A DNA stretch of 64,000 nt, taken from NCBI GenBank assembly GCA_963707795.1, contig OY970174.1:2277833-2341832 (forward strand). Reading direction: 5' to 3'. The notes beneath the pieces are model-generated. The model worked only from the letters and a program-made list of their open reading frames with translations, was not told where the DNA came from and ran no database searches. Shown piece after piece: positions 29,067-39,702 of this stretch. This stretch comes from an uncultured Acidobacteriota bacterium. Lineage in GTDB: Bacteria > Acidobacteriota > Vicinamibacteria > Vicinamibacterales > UBA2999. The position numbers were made by a program, and so were the translations under genes. Numbering within the stretch: position 1 is the first letter of the stretch; every line of letters starts with the position of its first letter.

Positions 29067-31268
29067 TCAGGCGAGCCCGGCGCGGCGGCGCGCCACCCAT
29101 TCCGCGGCGAGCAACCCGATGATCGCCGCGAGCGCCCAGCCCGTGTGCCAGACGTCACGCATCTCCGTCGGCGGCCGGCCGACGTCGCGAGCGCGCAGCA
29201 GGCCAGCCAGCGTCGCCGCCTCGGCGGCAGGCACGTAGCGTCCGCCGGTCTGCTCGGCAATGCGCCCGAGCACGGGTTCGTTGAGCCGCGGCTCGCTCAG
29301 CTCGACGTCCGATCCGCCGACCAGCACGGGCCTGCGGGTCGTTCCGAGCGGCTGCGTGCCGCGGCGAACGTCCGCGGCAATCATGTAGACGCCGGCCTGG
29401 TCGAAACGGGCGGCCGCGGTGTAGCGCCCCTCGCCCGGGTTGGCCAGCGCCGCGGGCACGAGGCGCTCCTGACCGCCGGGCTCGGTGATGCGGATGCTGA
29501 CTTCGGCATCGCCAATCGCGCGGAACTCGTCATCCCGGACCAGGACGCTCACACGTTCGGTCGTCCCAGGCAGCGCCACGGCGGTAGGAGGAATCTCGAT
29601 GCGCTCGGCCGCCGCCGCCGCCAGCCAGCGCGCCAGTTGACGCCATACCGTTTCGTAGGTGGTGTCGCTGGCGGGGCGCATCATCCGCCACCGCCACGAC
29701 GCTTCACCGGCGAAGATCATCGAGCGCCCGAGTCCGTAGCGCTGGACGGCGATCAGCGGCCGCTGCACGCCCGACTCGACGCTCACCGCCAGCACCTGCG
29801 CGCCTGGGCGCGGCGCGCCAGCCGCGGTCACCGACGCGAGCGGCGGCAACTGGCCCCAGCGACGCCGGCTTTCCTCGACGGTGACGGCGACGCGGGTTGC
29901 GGGATGAGACACGCCATCCGGCGTCAACTGCAGGGACGGGGTGGCGGCCCCTCCCGACGCGCGCGCCGGGAGCGCACGGCGATCGGTCGAATCGAGCGGC
30001 AGGATCTGCTCGAGCGGCGTACCGACCAGCCCCGCGCGCTCGAACGATCGCGCGCCCAGCACCAGCAGGCCGCCGCCGCGCGTGGCGACGAACGCCGACG
30101 TCATCTCGAGCTGGTCGCGGCTGAAGAAGTCGCCCTCGATGTTCCCGAAGATGATGGCGTCGTAGGCGAAGAGATCGGCCCGCCGGGCCGGGTATCCCGA
30201 GGCGAGCGCCGCTGACCGGCTCGCCGCGGCCTGGATGAAAAAGGTGTCGCGCCCCTCGTCGTTCTGGCCCTTGCGCACCACCGAATCCACGTCGAGCGCG
30301 GCGTCCCGAGCCAGCGCGCGCTTGAGGAAGGTGTGCTCGAAGCCCGGTGCACCTTCGACCAGCAGCACCCGCCGGCGACGCCCCTGCTGCGGGACAACGA
30401 CGCGACGCACGTTGTTCTCCGTGGCGATCTCCCCCGCCGCCGGCGCGATTTCAACCGCATACAGGGTCGGGCCGTCGGGCAAAGGCGACACGGTGAACAC
30501 CTCGTGGACCGGCATGCCGTCGCCGCCCGGCGTGACATGGCGCGTCTCGAGGGGACGCCCGTTGGCGGTCAGCCGCAATTCCATGGGCGTGGTGCCGAAG
30601 CCGGTGCTGGTCACCGAGACGCTCAGGTCCACCGAGGACCCCGAGAGGATTGGCTCTCCCGCCGTGAGGTTGAGGATCTCGCGGTCGCGTGCGATGGTTG
30701 GCGAGCCGACCCCGACGGTGAACACGGGGGCATCCACCGCCCGGGTGCCGGCCTCGAGTGGCGCGGTGTCTCCGCCATCGGAGATGACGACGACCCCGGC
30801 CAGCCGCTGTCCGCGATAGCGCTCGCCGAGGGCGGCGAGCGCGCCGCTGAGGTCGCTGCGCCGGGCATCGGCGGCCAGCCGAGCCGGATCGGCACGCGCG
30901 AGGGACTCGCCGAACGACAGCAGGTCCGTCCGGTAGTCCGTGCCCACCTGCGCCTGCAGCGCCTCGGCCACCGCGCGGGCGCGATCGATGCGCGGCACGC
31001 CGTCGTCGGCCAGCCGCATGCTGCGCGAGACGTCGACCAAAATGGGGACGATGCCTTCGCGGACGCCGCTGGTCTCCACGAGCGTCACCGGCCGGAGCAG
31101 GAACGCGACGATCAGGAGCAGCGTCGTCGCCCGCAGCGCCGTCAGCAGCGTGCGCTGGCCGCCGGTCAACGTGACCGCGACGCGCGCGTACGCCAGCCAG
31201 GCGAAAACGAGGGCCGCGGCGAACGCCGCGGCGTAACCCCACCACGGGAGGAGGACGGCGAAGTGCAT
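29067..31268 (-). CDS. membrane VWA-domain protein with GATase1-like (class I amidotransferase-fold) domain
   Basis: N-terminal double TM. MIDAS DVSRSM. A later LLVEGAPGFEHTFLKRAL...YDAIIFGNIEG block is typical of the GATase1-like domain seen in Bat-type clusters. An alternative GTG start lies at 31289. Confidence 0.75.
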   Translation of the reverse strand: MHFAVLLPWWGYAAAFAAALVFAWLAYARVAVTLTGGQRTLLTALRATTLLLIVAFLLRPVTLVETSGVREGIVPILVDVSRSMRLADDGVPRIDRARAVAEALQAQVGTDYRTDLLSFGESLARADPARLAADARRSDLSGALAALGERYRGQRLAGVVVISDGGDTAPLEAGTRAVDAPVFTVGVGSPTIARDREILNLTAGEPILSGSSVDLSVSVTSTGFGTTPMELRLTANGRPLETRHVTPGGDGMPVHEVFTVSPLPDGPTLYAVEIAPAAGEIATENNVRRVVVPQQGRRRRVLLVEGAPGFEHTFLKRALARDAALDVDSVVRKGQNDEGRDTFFIQAAASRSAALASGYPARRADLFAYDAIIFGNIEGDFFSRDQLEMTSAFVATRGGGLLVLGARSFERAGLVGTPLEQILPLDSTDRRALPARASGGAATPSLQLTPDGVSHPATRVAVTVEESRRRWGQLPPLASVTAAGAPRPGAQVLAVSVESGVQRPLIAVQRYGLGRSMIFAGEASWRWRMMRPASDTTYETVWRQLARWLAAAAAERIEIPPTAVALPGTTERVSVLVRDDEFRAIGDAEVSIRITEPGGQERLVPAALANPGEGRYTAAARFDQAGVYMIAADVRRGTQPLGTTRRPVLVGGSDVELSEPRLNEPVLGRIAEQTGGRYVPAAEAATLAGLLRARDVGRPPTEMRDVWHTGWALAAIIGLLAAEWVARRRAGLA

Positions 31269-31346
31269 CAGGGCTGCCCGCCGGACCACGGAGGTCCAGC
31301 CAGGTACACCCTAGCACTTTCGGCGTGTCCGTCGTGCCGCGGATCG

Positions 31347-34300
31347 TTACCGGGGTTTGCGCGGTGTGGCCAGCGATCGATAGTACTTGTCCACCAGATC
31401 GCGATAGGCGTCGCTCACGCCTTCATGACCGCCGGCGTTGAGGCGGCGATCGTTCTCGCGCGCGCGCAGTTCGTCCGACACTCTGGACTCGACCGCTTCG
31501 AGCGCGACGAGCAGGTTGTCCTTCAGTGATTCCCAGCGCGCGAAATCCTGCTTGAAGGCTTCGGTGCCAGGCGCGGACGTGCTCCGCCACCAGCCGTCTT
31601 CGCTGTTGCCGCCTTGCATCCCCGGATTCTCGCGCCGCACTTCCTGCGCCAGCCGTTCGACGTCGCGTGCGCGCTCGTTGACCTCGCGCTGCAGCTGCTG
31701 CAAGCGGCCGCCGTTCCCGCCGGGACCGGTTCCCTGCTGCCCGCTCGCCCCCTCGCGACCCTCGGCCGACTGCTGCCCGCCCGATGACGATGACGGCTGG
31801 CCGCCCTGGGCCTGCTGGGGCCCCTGGGGCGACGCCGGGGGAGCCTGGCCGGGCGGCTGCGGCTGGCCGTCCGCCGGGCGTTCGGACTGGTTGTCGCCGC
31901 GACCCTCCGCCCGCTGCTGCGCTTCGCGGCGCATCTCCTCGATGGAGCGCTCGAGGCCGGCCACCTTGTCGCGCAGTTCCTGGGTCTTCGACAGGTTGTC
32001 GGACAGGCGGCGCGTGTCCGCGTCCTGTGCACCGGTCGCCGCGCCAAGCCGCTCGGCGACGCGATCGAGGGCCCGCGCGAGGTCCGCTCCCTGGCGCGCG
32101 GCCATGCCCGATGGGTCGGGCGGGGTCGGCGTCTCGGCGCCAGCGCCAGCGGGCTGGCGCAGCGACTCCGCGGACTGGCGCATCCGCTCGGCGAGCTTCT
32201 GCCGCTCGAGCTCGCGCGCCGCTTCGCCGGTGGCCGCGCGTTCGCCCGCGTCCCCCTGTCCGCTGCGCGAGAGCCTGGTGACCGCTTCCTGCAGGCGCGC
32301 CGCCCGCTCGGCCAGACGCTCCTGGTCGCCGGCGAGGCGGCGCCGGGCATCGTCGCCGCGCTGGTCCCTGGCGGTGCGGCCCGCTTCGCTCGCCAGGCGT
32401 CGCTGCGCGTCGGCGAGCTGACGGGTTTCGAGCTGCAGGTCGCCGAGCGCGCGGCGGCGGTCGTCGGGCCTCGACGCCTGCAGGCCTTTTTCCAGATCGC
32501 GCAGGCGTTCGGCGGCGCGCTCGCCGTTGGCCGACGCCTGGGCGGAATCCTGCCGCCGCAGGCCCGTAGCGGCGTTGCGCATCGCTTCCGAAATCTCCCG
32601 CAGCTCGGAGCTCGAACGTCCGCCTGGCTGTCCGGCCGACGGCTGCGGACTGCCGCCCTGCTGCATCCGCTGGCTGAGCTGTTCGGCCTGCTGCCGCAGT
32701 TCGTTCTGCTCCCGCGTGAGCCGCTCGAGCTGGCGCTTGAGCTCGGCCTCGGAGATCTGTTCGCGGTTCCGCGTCAAGTCCCGCTGCTGGCGATTGATCG
32801 CATCCTGCCGGCGCGCGAGCTCGCGGATGCGCTCGAGCGGATCCTCCCGAGCCTGATCCTCTCGTTCCTCGGTCGAGCTGGGCGTTTCGTAATTGGTCTC
32901 CTGACGCCGGCGCAGTTCCTGATCGAACAGGCTCGACAAGTCCGCTTCCGGACGATTCATTCCGCCATTGCCGCCGGCCTGCTGCTGCCGCGAGACCTGC
33001 CGCCGGCGGTTCTCGGCGTCCGCCTTGAGCAACTGGTTGAGCGCTTCCATCTCGTGCGGCAGCGCCTTGGCCGTGTCCGCCTGGTCGAGCTCGTTGACGG
33101 CACGCCCCATGGCTTCGACGGCACGCCCCAGCGGATCCGTGCCTGGCGCGGCCCCTGGCGTCGCACCTGGCGCGCCACGCCGGCGGCGGGCGTCGATGCC
33201 GAGCCTCGAGGCCTGGGCGCCGGCTTGTTCCGCCCGCGCCCGCAGATCGGATTGCGCCTTCGAGACGGCGCCGATGTCCTCCCGCGAACGGGCATCGCGC
33301 GCCCGGCGGGCGCGCGCATCCAGCTTCCACGTGGCGACGATGACGTCCTTCTGCGCCTCCGCCAGCCCGGCAAGGCCGTCCGGCTGCATGCCCGCGCCCT
33401 GTCCCATCGTCTGGCTCGCGGCGGCGACGAACTCCTCCTCGAACGGCTTCACTTCGAGGAAGAAGATGTCGCTGCGCGCCTCGGTCGCGCGGCGGCCGCG
33501 GCTGACATCGGTCGCTCGCGCGTAATAGGTGACGAAATCCCCCGGCTGGACGCCGAGGTCCTCCATGAAGAGCGTGTGCAGCCCGGCAACGCTGAGGCCG
33601 GACCGCGCGCCGCGCAGCGGCACCGCACGCTCCTGACCCGCCGCCGTCTGGAACACGAGCTCGAACGACGCAATGCCGTAGTCGTCGTCCGCACGTGCTT
33701 CGATGACGACCTCTTCCAGCGGCGTGACCTGCTTGTCGCTCGCCGGCCGGAGGATGCGGACGTCGGGCGGCCGATCGTCGAGCGTGCGGATGAAGTACTC
33801 GGTGTCGTCGTCGCCGGCCAGGCCATCGTGATCCTCGAGCGCGATGCGGTACGACGCGTCGCCATCGATGGTCAGCATCCCTTCGACGGCGTCCGGCTGG
33901 CCGTCCAGCGCGATCCGGGTCCCGTCGGAGAGCACGAGGGATCCCTCCGCAATCGGCTTGTCCGCGTGCACCGTGACCCGGACCCGTGTGCCGGCGGGCC
34001 CGTAGATGTCACCGCTGTCCTCGTCGGTCCGCGGCGCAAGGCCCAGGCCCCGGGGAAATTCGTAATGGAGGTCGATGCGCTCCACGCGCGCCGGCCGCAT
34101 CGCCGTCACGGTGTAGTCCTCGGAACGCGACTTCGCCGCGCGCACGTGATAGCCGAACGATGCCGCGACGCGCGGAATCGTCACCGCGAAGACATCCGGC
34201 TCGGCGGTCGCCTCCATGGTCACCGTGCGCGTGTCCGAGCCGACGGTCACCGTCAACTGCGGCACGATCTCGCCGGTGAGCCCGGCGACGCGCGCCGCGA

Positions 34301-34937
34301 TGGTCAGTGGCTGGCCTTCACGAACCCTGGCGGTGCCGGGAGTGACCTCGATCTGCAACCGCGCCGGGAAGAGGTACGCGGTCGCCACCCGGGTTGCCCG
34401 CGAGAGCCCGGGCGCGAACAGCGCGGCGGTCAGCGTCAGCGCCGCGGTCGCGGCCACCGCTCCGAGGGCGGCGCGCCGGATCGTCCGTCGCGGGACGACC
34501 GCATCGCGGTCGAGCGCCTGCAGCGCGCGCCCGGCATCCGCGGCCAGCGCCTCGACCATGCGGGGAGGGGCGTCGGGCCGCGCGGCGCAATCCACCGCCG
34601 TCACCACGACGTCGTCGAGATCGGGGTGGTGCTCCTCGATCAGACGCGCGAGTTGACGGTCGGAGGGCATCCGGCGACACGGCCAGAGCGCACGGCCGAT
34701 CGCCGCAACCGCGAGGAGCAGGGTGAACCCAGCCGTGAAGAGGAGAGGCAGGCCTTCGGCGGCGACCAGGACGGTGGCGAGCACGCCCGTCAGGACGATG
34801 ACGGCGGCAGCGGTCGCGCCCAGGGCCCAGGCGCGCAGCAGCGAACGGCCCGTCCAGCGTCGCCGGACGTCGGTGAGAATCGACTGGAGCTCAACTGCTC
34901 GGTCGTTCATCTCCCTGCCTGTCGCCCCCGTATGCAT
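31347..34937 (-). CDS. giant membrane-anchored DUF4175-like protein with long Arg/Glu/Gln/Ala-rich coiled-coil region
   Basis: 1196-aa ORF (alternative ATG at 34910). Two N-terminal TM helices, a beta-rich middle, and about 550 aa of charged low-complexity helix (ELRRRQETNYE...RQLERLTREQNELRQQAEQL...). C-terminal ...YRDLVDKYYRSLA. Confidence 0.7.
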   Translation of the reverse strand: MHTGATGREMNDRAVELQSILTDVRRRWTGRSLLRAWALGATAAAVIVLTGVLATVLVAAEGLPLLFTAGFTLLLAVAAIGRALWPCRRMPSDRQLARLIEEHHPDLDDVVVTAVDCAARPDAPPRMVEALAADAGRALQALDRDAVVPRRTIRRAALGAVAATAALTLTAALFAPGLSRATRVATAYLFPARLQIEVTPGTARVREGQPLTIAARVAGLTGEIVPQLTVTVGSDTRTVTMEATAEPDVFAVTIPRVAASFGYHVRAAKSRSEDYTVTAMRPARVERIDLHYEFPRGLGLAPRTDEDSGDIYGPAGTRVRVTVHADKPIAEGSLVLSDGTRIALDGQPDAVEGMLTIDGDASYRIALEDHDGLAGDDDTEYFIRTLDDRPPDVRILRPASDKQVTPLEEVVIEARADDDYGIASFELVFQTAAGQERAVPLRGARSGLSVAGLHTLFMEDLGVQPGDFVTYYARATDVSRGRRATEARSDIFFLEVKPFEEEFVAAASQTMGQGAGMQPDGLAGLAEAQKDVIVATWKLDARARRARDARSREDIGAVSKAQSDLRARAEQAGAQASRLGIDARRRRGAPGATPGAAPGTDPLGRAVEAMGRAVNELDQADTAKALPHEMEALNQLLKADAENRRRQVSRQQQAGGNGGMNRPEADLSSLFDQELRRRQETNYETPSSTEEREDQAREDPLERIRELARRQDAINRQQRDLTRNREQISEAELKRQLERLTREQNELRQQAEQLSQRMQQGGSPQPSAGQPGGRSSSELREISEAMRNAATGLRRQDSAQASANGERAAERLRDLEKGLQASRPDDRRRALGDLQLETRQLADAQRRLASEAGRTARDQRGDDARRRLAGDQERLAERAARLQEAVTRLSRSGQGDAGERAATGEAARELERQKLAERMRQSAESLRQPAGAGAETPTPPDPSGMAARQGADLARALDRVAERLGAATGAQDADTRRLSDNLSKTQELRDKVAGLERSIEEMRREAQQRAEGRGDNQSERPADGQPQPPGQAPPASPQGPQQAQGGQPSSSSGGQQSAEGREGASGQQGTGPGGNGGRLQQLQREVNERARDVERLAQEVRRENPGMQGGNSEDGWWRSTSAPGTEAFKQDFARWESLKDNLLVALEAVESRVSDELRARENDRRLNAGGHEGVSDAYRDLVDKYYRSLATPRKPR

Positions 34938-34972
34938 ATCCTACGCCCTTCGCCGGCCTGTAAACCGCGCGA

Positions 34973-36913
34973 TCAGATGGCTTTTCTGCCAATAAACCCT
35001 TCGCTGGCCAGCGCCAAAAACATGACGACGAGGCCGAGTTGCCACAGCCGCTGTTGCTCCTCCTGCTGCCGCGCCTCGGCCCGGGCCTGCACTTCCTCCA
35101 CCTGATTGAGCCGCGTGATGGCGGCGGTGAACTCGTCGAGCGAAGTGCGGGCGGGGTTCGACTCACGGACATCGGTGTTCACCGCGACCCGTCCCGGCGC
35201 AACGGCCGCGGACGCGGCCGCCGGCGCCTGATCCGACCCACGCGCGCCTGGCGTGTCGTGGATACCCGGTGTCATGGGCACACCGAAGGGCACATCGGGC
35301 ACGGTGAAACTCTGGCGCTGCTCCCGTCCTTGCGTCAGGTAGCGGGCCATCTCGACCAGCCACGGCACGAAGGCCGGGTTGAGCGGGAAGCGGTTCCACT
35401 GGTTGTCGAGATCGGAGGCAAACAGCAGGAGCCGCCCCCCGCCCACCCGTTGCTCGGTCAGCGCGCTCCCGGCGCCCGAAAAGCGCGCCAGCACCGTGCG
35501 TCCGTCCTGCGGATTCAGGCGCCGGTACCGTGCCACGTAGATGTCTCCCAGCGCCCCCGAGGGATTGAGGAATGGCCGGAAGATGGGATGGCGTCCATCA
35601 ACGGCCACGAGCGTTACCGTCCGTTCCGGAGTATCGGCGCTCTCCGCCGCGACATCCACGGTCGTGCCGACCGTGTCGGCCAGCGTGTCGAGATCGAGAT
35701 CGGGACCCAGCGTCACGAGCACGCGTCCGCCCGCCGCGAGGTAGGCGGCCACCATCTGCCGGCCCGTGCGGTCGAGGGTGGTCGTCGCCAGCACCACCAG
35801 CGCGCCGGCGGCCTGCAGGCGGGGCGCATCGGCACCGCCTGGCAGCGCCGAAAACGTCCGGCCGTCGATCACATCGGCGTGGAACGCCCGACCATCGTCG
35901 GCCACCGAGAGCGCACGCTCGACGTAGAGGCCGGCGTTCGACGAGCCCGGCGGCTCGGCCGTAATCACCAGCACGGGCACGGCGCCCGCGGGGTCGAGCA
36001 CCAGGTGCCGCGCGTTGTCGGCTTGATACCCGTCGGGATCGACCACGGTGACCGACGCGCCGCCGGAGGATGGGAGCGCCGCGGGGAGCAGCACTTCAGC
36101 CGCCGCCTGAGGCGCGACGTCCACGGTTCGCGCCAGGACCTCCTTGCCGTCGATGGAGAGGCGCACCGGCGCGCGCACCGGTCGAGACCCGAAATTGTGG
36201 ATCGCCGCCGTGACGCCGTCGCGCTCGCGCCGCACGGCGGTCACGGCGATATTGCCGGCGGGCGAGGCGATTTCGATCACATCGACGTCCACGCCGTCGG
36301 CCACCGAGCCCTCGTCGCCAGCCTCCCACCCGGCCTGCTGCAGATCGGTGACAACGACAATGCGGCCGCGGGCGCCAGGCACCACTTCCGCGGCACGGGC
36401 CAGCGCGGTGCGAAAGCGCGTGCCGCCCGCCGTGGCCGACGCGGCCTCGATCGCCGCAAGCACGCCGCCGCGATCGATGGTCGGCGGCACCACCAGCGTC
36501 GCCGCGTCGGCGAACGTGACCAGCGCCACGGCCGCCGTCGCCGGCGCTTCTTCCACCGCCCGCCGGGCGGCCAGCTTCGCCGCCTCGAACTGCCCCGGCG
36601 CCGAGAGGCTGAGGGACGTGTCGAGCGCGACGACCGTGACCGGCGGCGCCAGCGCGGCGCTCCCGCCGTCGACGTAGGGACGGCCAAACGCGAGCGCCAG
36701 CAGTACCAGCGCCGTCACGCGCAGCGCCAGCAGGATGAGCTCCCGGAGCCGACGCCGGCGGTGGTGTTCGAGCGGCGAGCGGTGCAGCAGGCGCACCGCC
36801 GGGAAGTCGACGACGACGTTGGTGCGGCGCCGGAACAGGTGCAGGGCAATCGGTATCGCAACGGCGGCCACGCCAATGAGAAACAACGGATAGAGAAAGG
36901 ACAGGCCCGGCAT
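34973..36913 (-). CDS. BatA-type (aerotolerance regulator N-terminal double-TM) VWA protein
   Basis: MPGLSFLYPLFLIGVAAVAIPIALHLFRRR... (internal ATG of ORF 34973..37045). MIDAS-like LDTSLSLS. C-terminal TM helix. Confidence 0.8.
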   Translation of the reverse strand: MPGLSFLYPLFLIGVAAVAIPIALHLFRRRTNVVVDFPAVRLLHRSPLEHHRRRRLRELILLALRVTALVLLALAFGRPYVDGGSAALAPPVTVVALDTSLSLSAPGQFEAAKLAARRAVEEAPATAAVALVTFADAATLVVPPTIDRGGVLAAIEAASATAGGTRFRTALARAAEVVPGARGRIVVVTDLQQAGWEAGDEGSVADGVDVDVIEIASPAGNIAVTAVRRERDGVTAAIHNFGSRPVRAPVRLSIDGKEVLARTVDVAPQAAAEVLLPAALPSSGGASVTVVDPDGYQADNARHLVLDPAGAVPVLVITAEPPGSSNAGLYVERALSVADDGRAFHADVIDGRTFSALPGGADAPRLQAAGALVVLATTTLDRTGRQMVAAYLAAGGRVLVTLGPDLDLDTLADTVGTTVDVAAESADTPERTVTLVAVDGRHPIFRPFLNPSGALGDIYVARYRRLNPQDGRTVLARFSGAGSALTEQRVGGGRLLLFASDLDNQWNRFPLNPAFVPWLVEMARYLTQGREQRQSFTVPDVPFGVPMTPGIHDTPGARGSDQAPAAASAAVAPGRVAVNTDVRESNPARTSLDEFTAAITRLNQVEEVQARAEARQQEEQQRLWQLGLVVMFLALASEGFIGRKAI

Positions 36914-36914
36914 C

Positions 36915-37810
36915 TCAGTACGCCCGGCGGCGAGCCTGCAGGTAGGAGAGGAGCGCTGTTTCCAGCGGGAGCGACGTGTCGAGCAGCACGTAGTCGATGC
37001 CGGCGAGCTGCAGCTCGCGCCGGTACCGCTCCTGCAACTCCCCAATGGCCTGCAGATACTGGCCGCGCACGGCGCTGGGCACGGCCACGACCTCTTCCGC
37101 CGTTTCCAGGTCGCGGAACCGCGCCGCCTGTTCGAACGGGAACCGGAGCTCCGCCGGGTCGAGGACGTGGAAGACGATCACCTCGGTGCCACGGTAGCGA
37201 AAATGCTTGAGCCCCTCGAGCACCCGGGTCGGATCGTCGAGCAGGTCGGAGATCAGCACCACCAGTCCGCGCTTGCGAATCGCTTCCGCCAGGTCGCGCA
37301 GCGGCTTGGCGACGTCGGTCCGCGCCCCGCGCGGCAGCTTCTCGAGGGTCACCAGCAGTGACGTGAGGTGGCCGGCGCGCGCGCTCGGGCGCACCATCTT
37401 CACGATCCGGTCGTCGAAGGCAATCAGGCCGACCGCGTCGCGCTGGCGGTTCATCAGGTAGGCGAGCGCCGCGGCGAGGTACGACCCGTACTCGATCTTG
37501 GTCACCGCGCCGGATCCGTACGCCATCGACGCGCTGACGTCGAGCAGGAGATGGCAATCGAGGTTGGTCTCCTCCTCGAACTTCTTGATGAAGTGGCGAT
37601 CGGTGCGGCCGTAGACCTTCCAATCCAGTGTCGCCAGGTCGTCGCCCGGCAGGTACTGGCGATACTCGGCGAACTCGACGCTGAAGCCCTTGAACGGGCT
37701 GCGATGCAGACCGGTGAGAAAGCCCTCGACGACCGTGCGCGCCTTCAGCTCCAGGCTGCCCAGGCGCGCCAGGGTGGCCGGATCGAGAAAGCGCGGGCGG
37801 CCCTCGACTG

Positions 37811-37814
<4 letters not shown>
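36915..37814 (-). CDS. DUF58 (VWA-like) protein
   Basis: GTGA overlap with the MoxR stop. GLHRSPFKGFSVEFAEYRQYLPGDD and LLLDVSASM are DUF58 hallmarks. Confidence 0.85.
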
Positions 37815-38800
<986 letters not shown>

Positions 38801-38842
38801 TGGTCGGGCTCCCCGGAGTGTTGGGACGGTCAGGTGGCGGCG

Positions 38843-39694
38843 CTAATGGGTCAGCGAATACACGATCTCGTTGATCATCATCTGATACGCCTGCGCCGTC
38901 CACTTGATATAGCCGGGATAATCCTCGGCGTTCGACCACTCCACCCCGTCGCCCATGTCGGTGTTCCAGTTGATCAGCACCATCGGGCGCCCGGCGTCGT
39001 CCACGATGGCGCGCAGGTGCGGGACGTAGCCGCCCTTCTCCCAGGTGCGGCCGGAGAAGAACGAACCCAGGCCGGGCACCTGCGGATACTTGTCGATTTT
39101 GTAGAAGCAGGAGTAGATCGCGTGCGGCGGTTCGATCTCGACGATCTCGCGATCGGGAAAGATGGTCGCCAGCTGGCGCACCGTGAGATCCCACTCGTAG
39201 GGGCCGTGGAAATCGTCGAGCACCAGGGTGCCGCCGCGCAGCAGGAACTCGCGCAGCGTCGCCGACTCCTGGTCACGCAGCATCAGGTTGCTGGGCTCCA
39301 CGATGTAGAGCCACGGATACTCCCAGATCCGGTCGTCGTCGAGGGTGATGACGACGGGATCGCCCACGGTGATCGAGGTGACGCTGCGCAGGCGGCGCGT
39401 GAGGTTCTGCTCGGCGGCGGGTGCGTCGATCGCCCACGGCTCGTCCCAGTAGCCGGCACGCAGGTTGGTGCGCGCATCGCCCGTCGTGGCGTTGTACTTG
39501 ACGCGGGCGAACGTCCACTGCAGGCCGGCAAAGCGCTCGTCGGCCGGGGGCGGCATCTGTGCCACCGCCAGCGGCGTGAGATGCGGCCCGGCCACGAGGA
39601 CGGCGGCGGCGAGGAGGGCGAGGACGCCGGCGCCGCGCAGACGCGGCCCGCCGCGGGTCGGCTGCGTGCGCGTCGGGTCTGCGGCCTCGGCCAT
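38843..39694 (-). CDS. secreted DUF4159-family protein
   Basis: 283 aa. Signal peptide, LREFLLRGGTLVLDDFHG, PPHAIYSCFYKI and NWNTDMGDGVEW blocks. Confidence 0.7.
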   Translation of the reverse strand: MAEAADPTRTQPTRGGPRLRGAGVLALLAAAVLVAGPHLTPLAVAQMPPPADERFAGLQWTFARVKYNATTGDARTNLRAGYWDEPWAIDAPAAEQNLTRRLRSVTSITVGDPVVITLDDDRIWEYPWLYIVEPSNLMLRDQESATLREFLLRGGTLVLDDFHGPYEWDLTVRQLATIFPDREIVEIEPPHAIYSCFYKIDKYPQVPGLGSFFSGRTWEKGGYVPHLRAIVDDAGRPMVLINWNTDMGDGVEWSNAEDYPGYIKWTAQAYQMMINEIVYSLTH

Positions 39695-39702
39695 GGGCGT
39701 TC

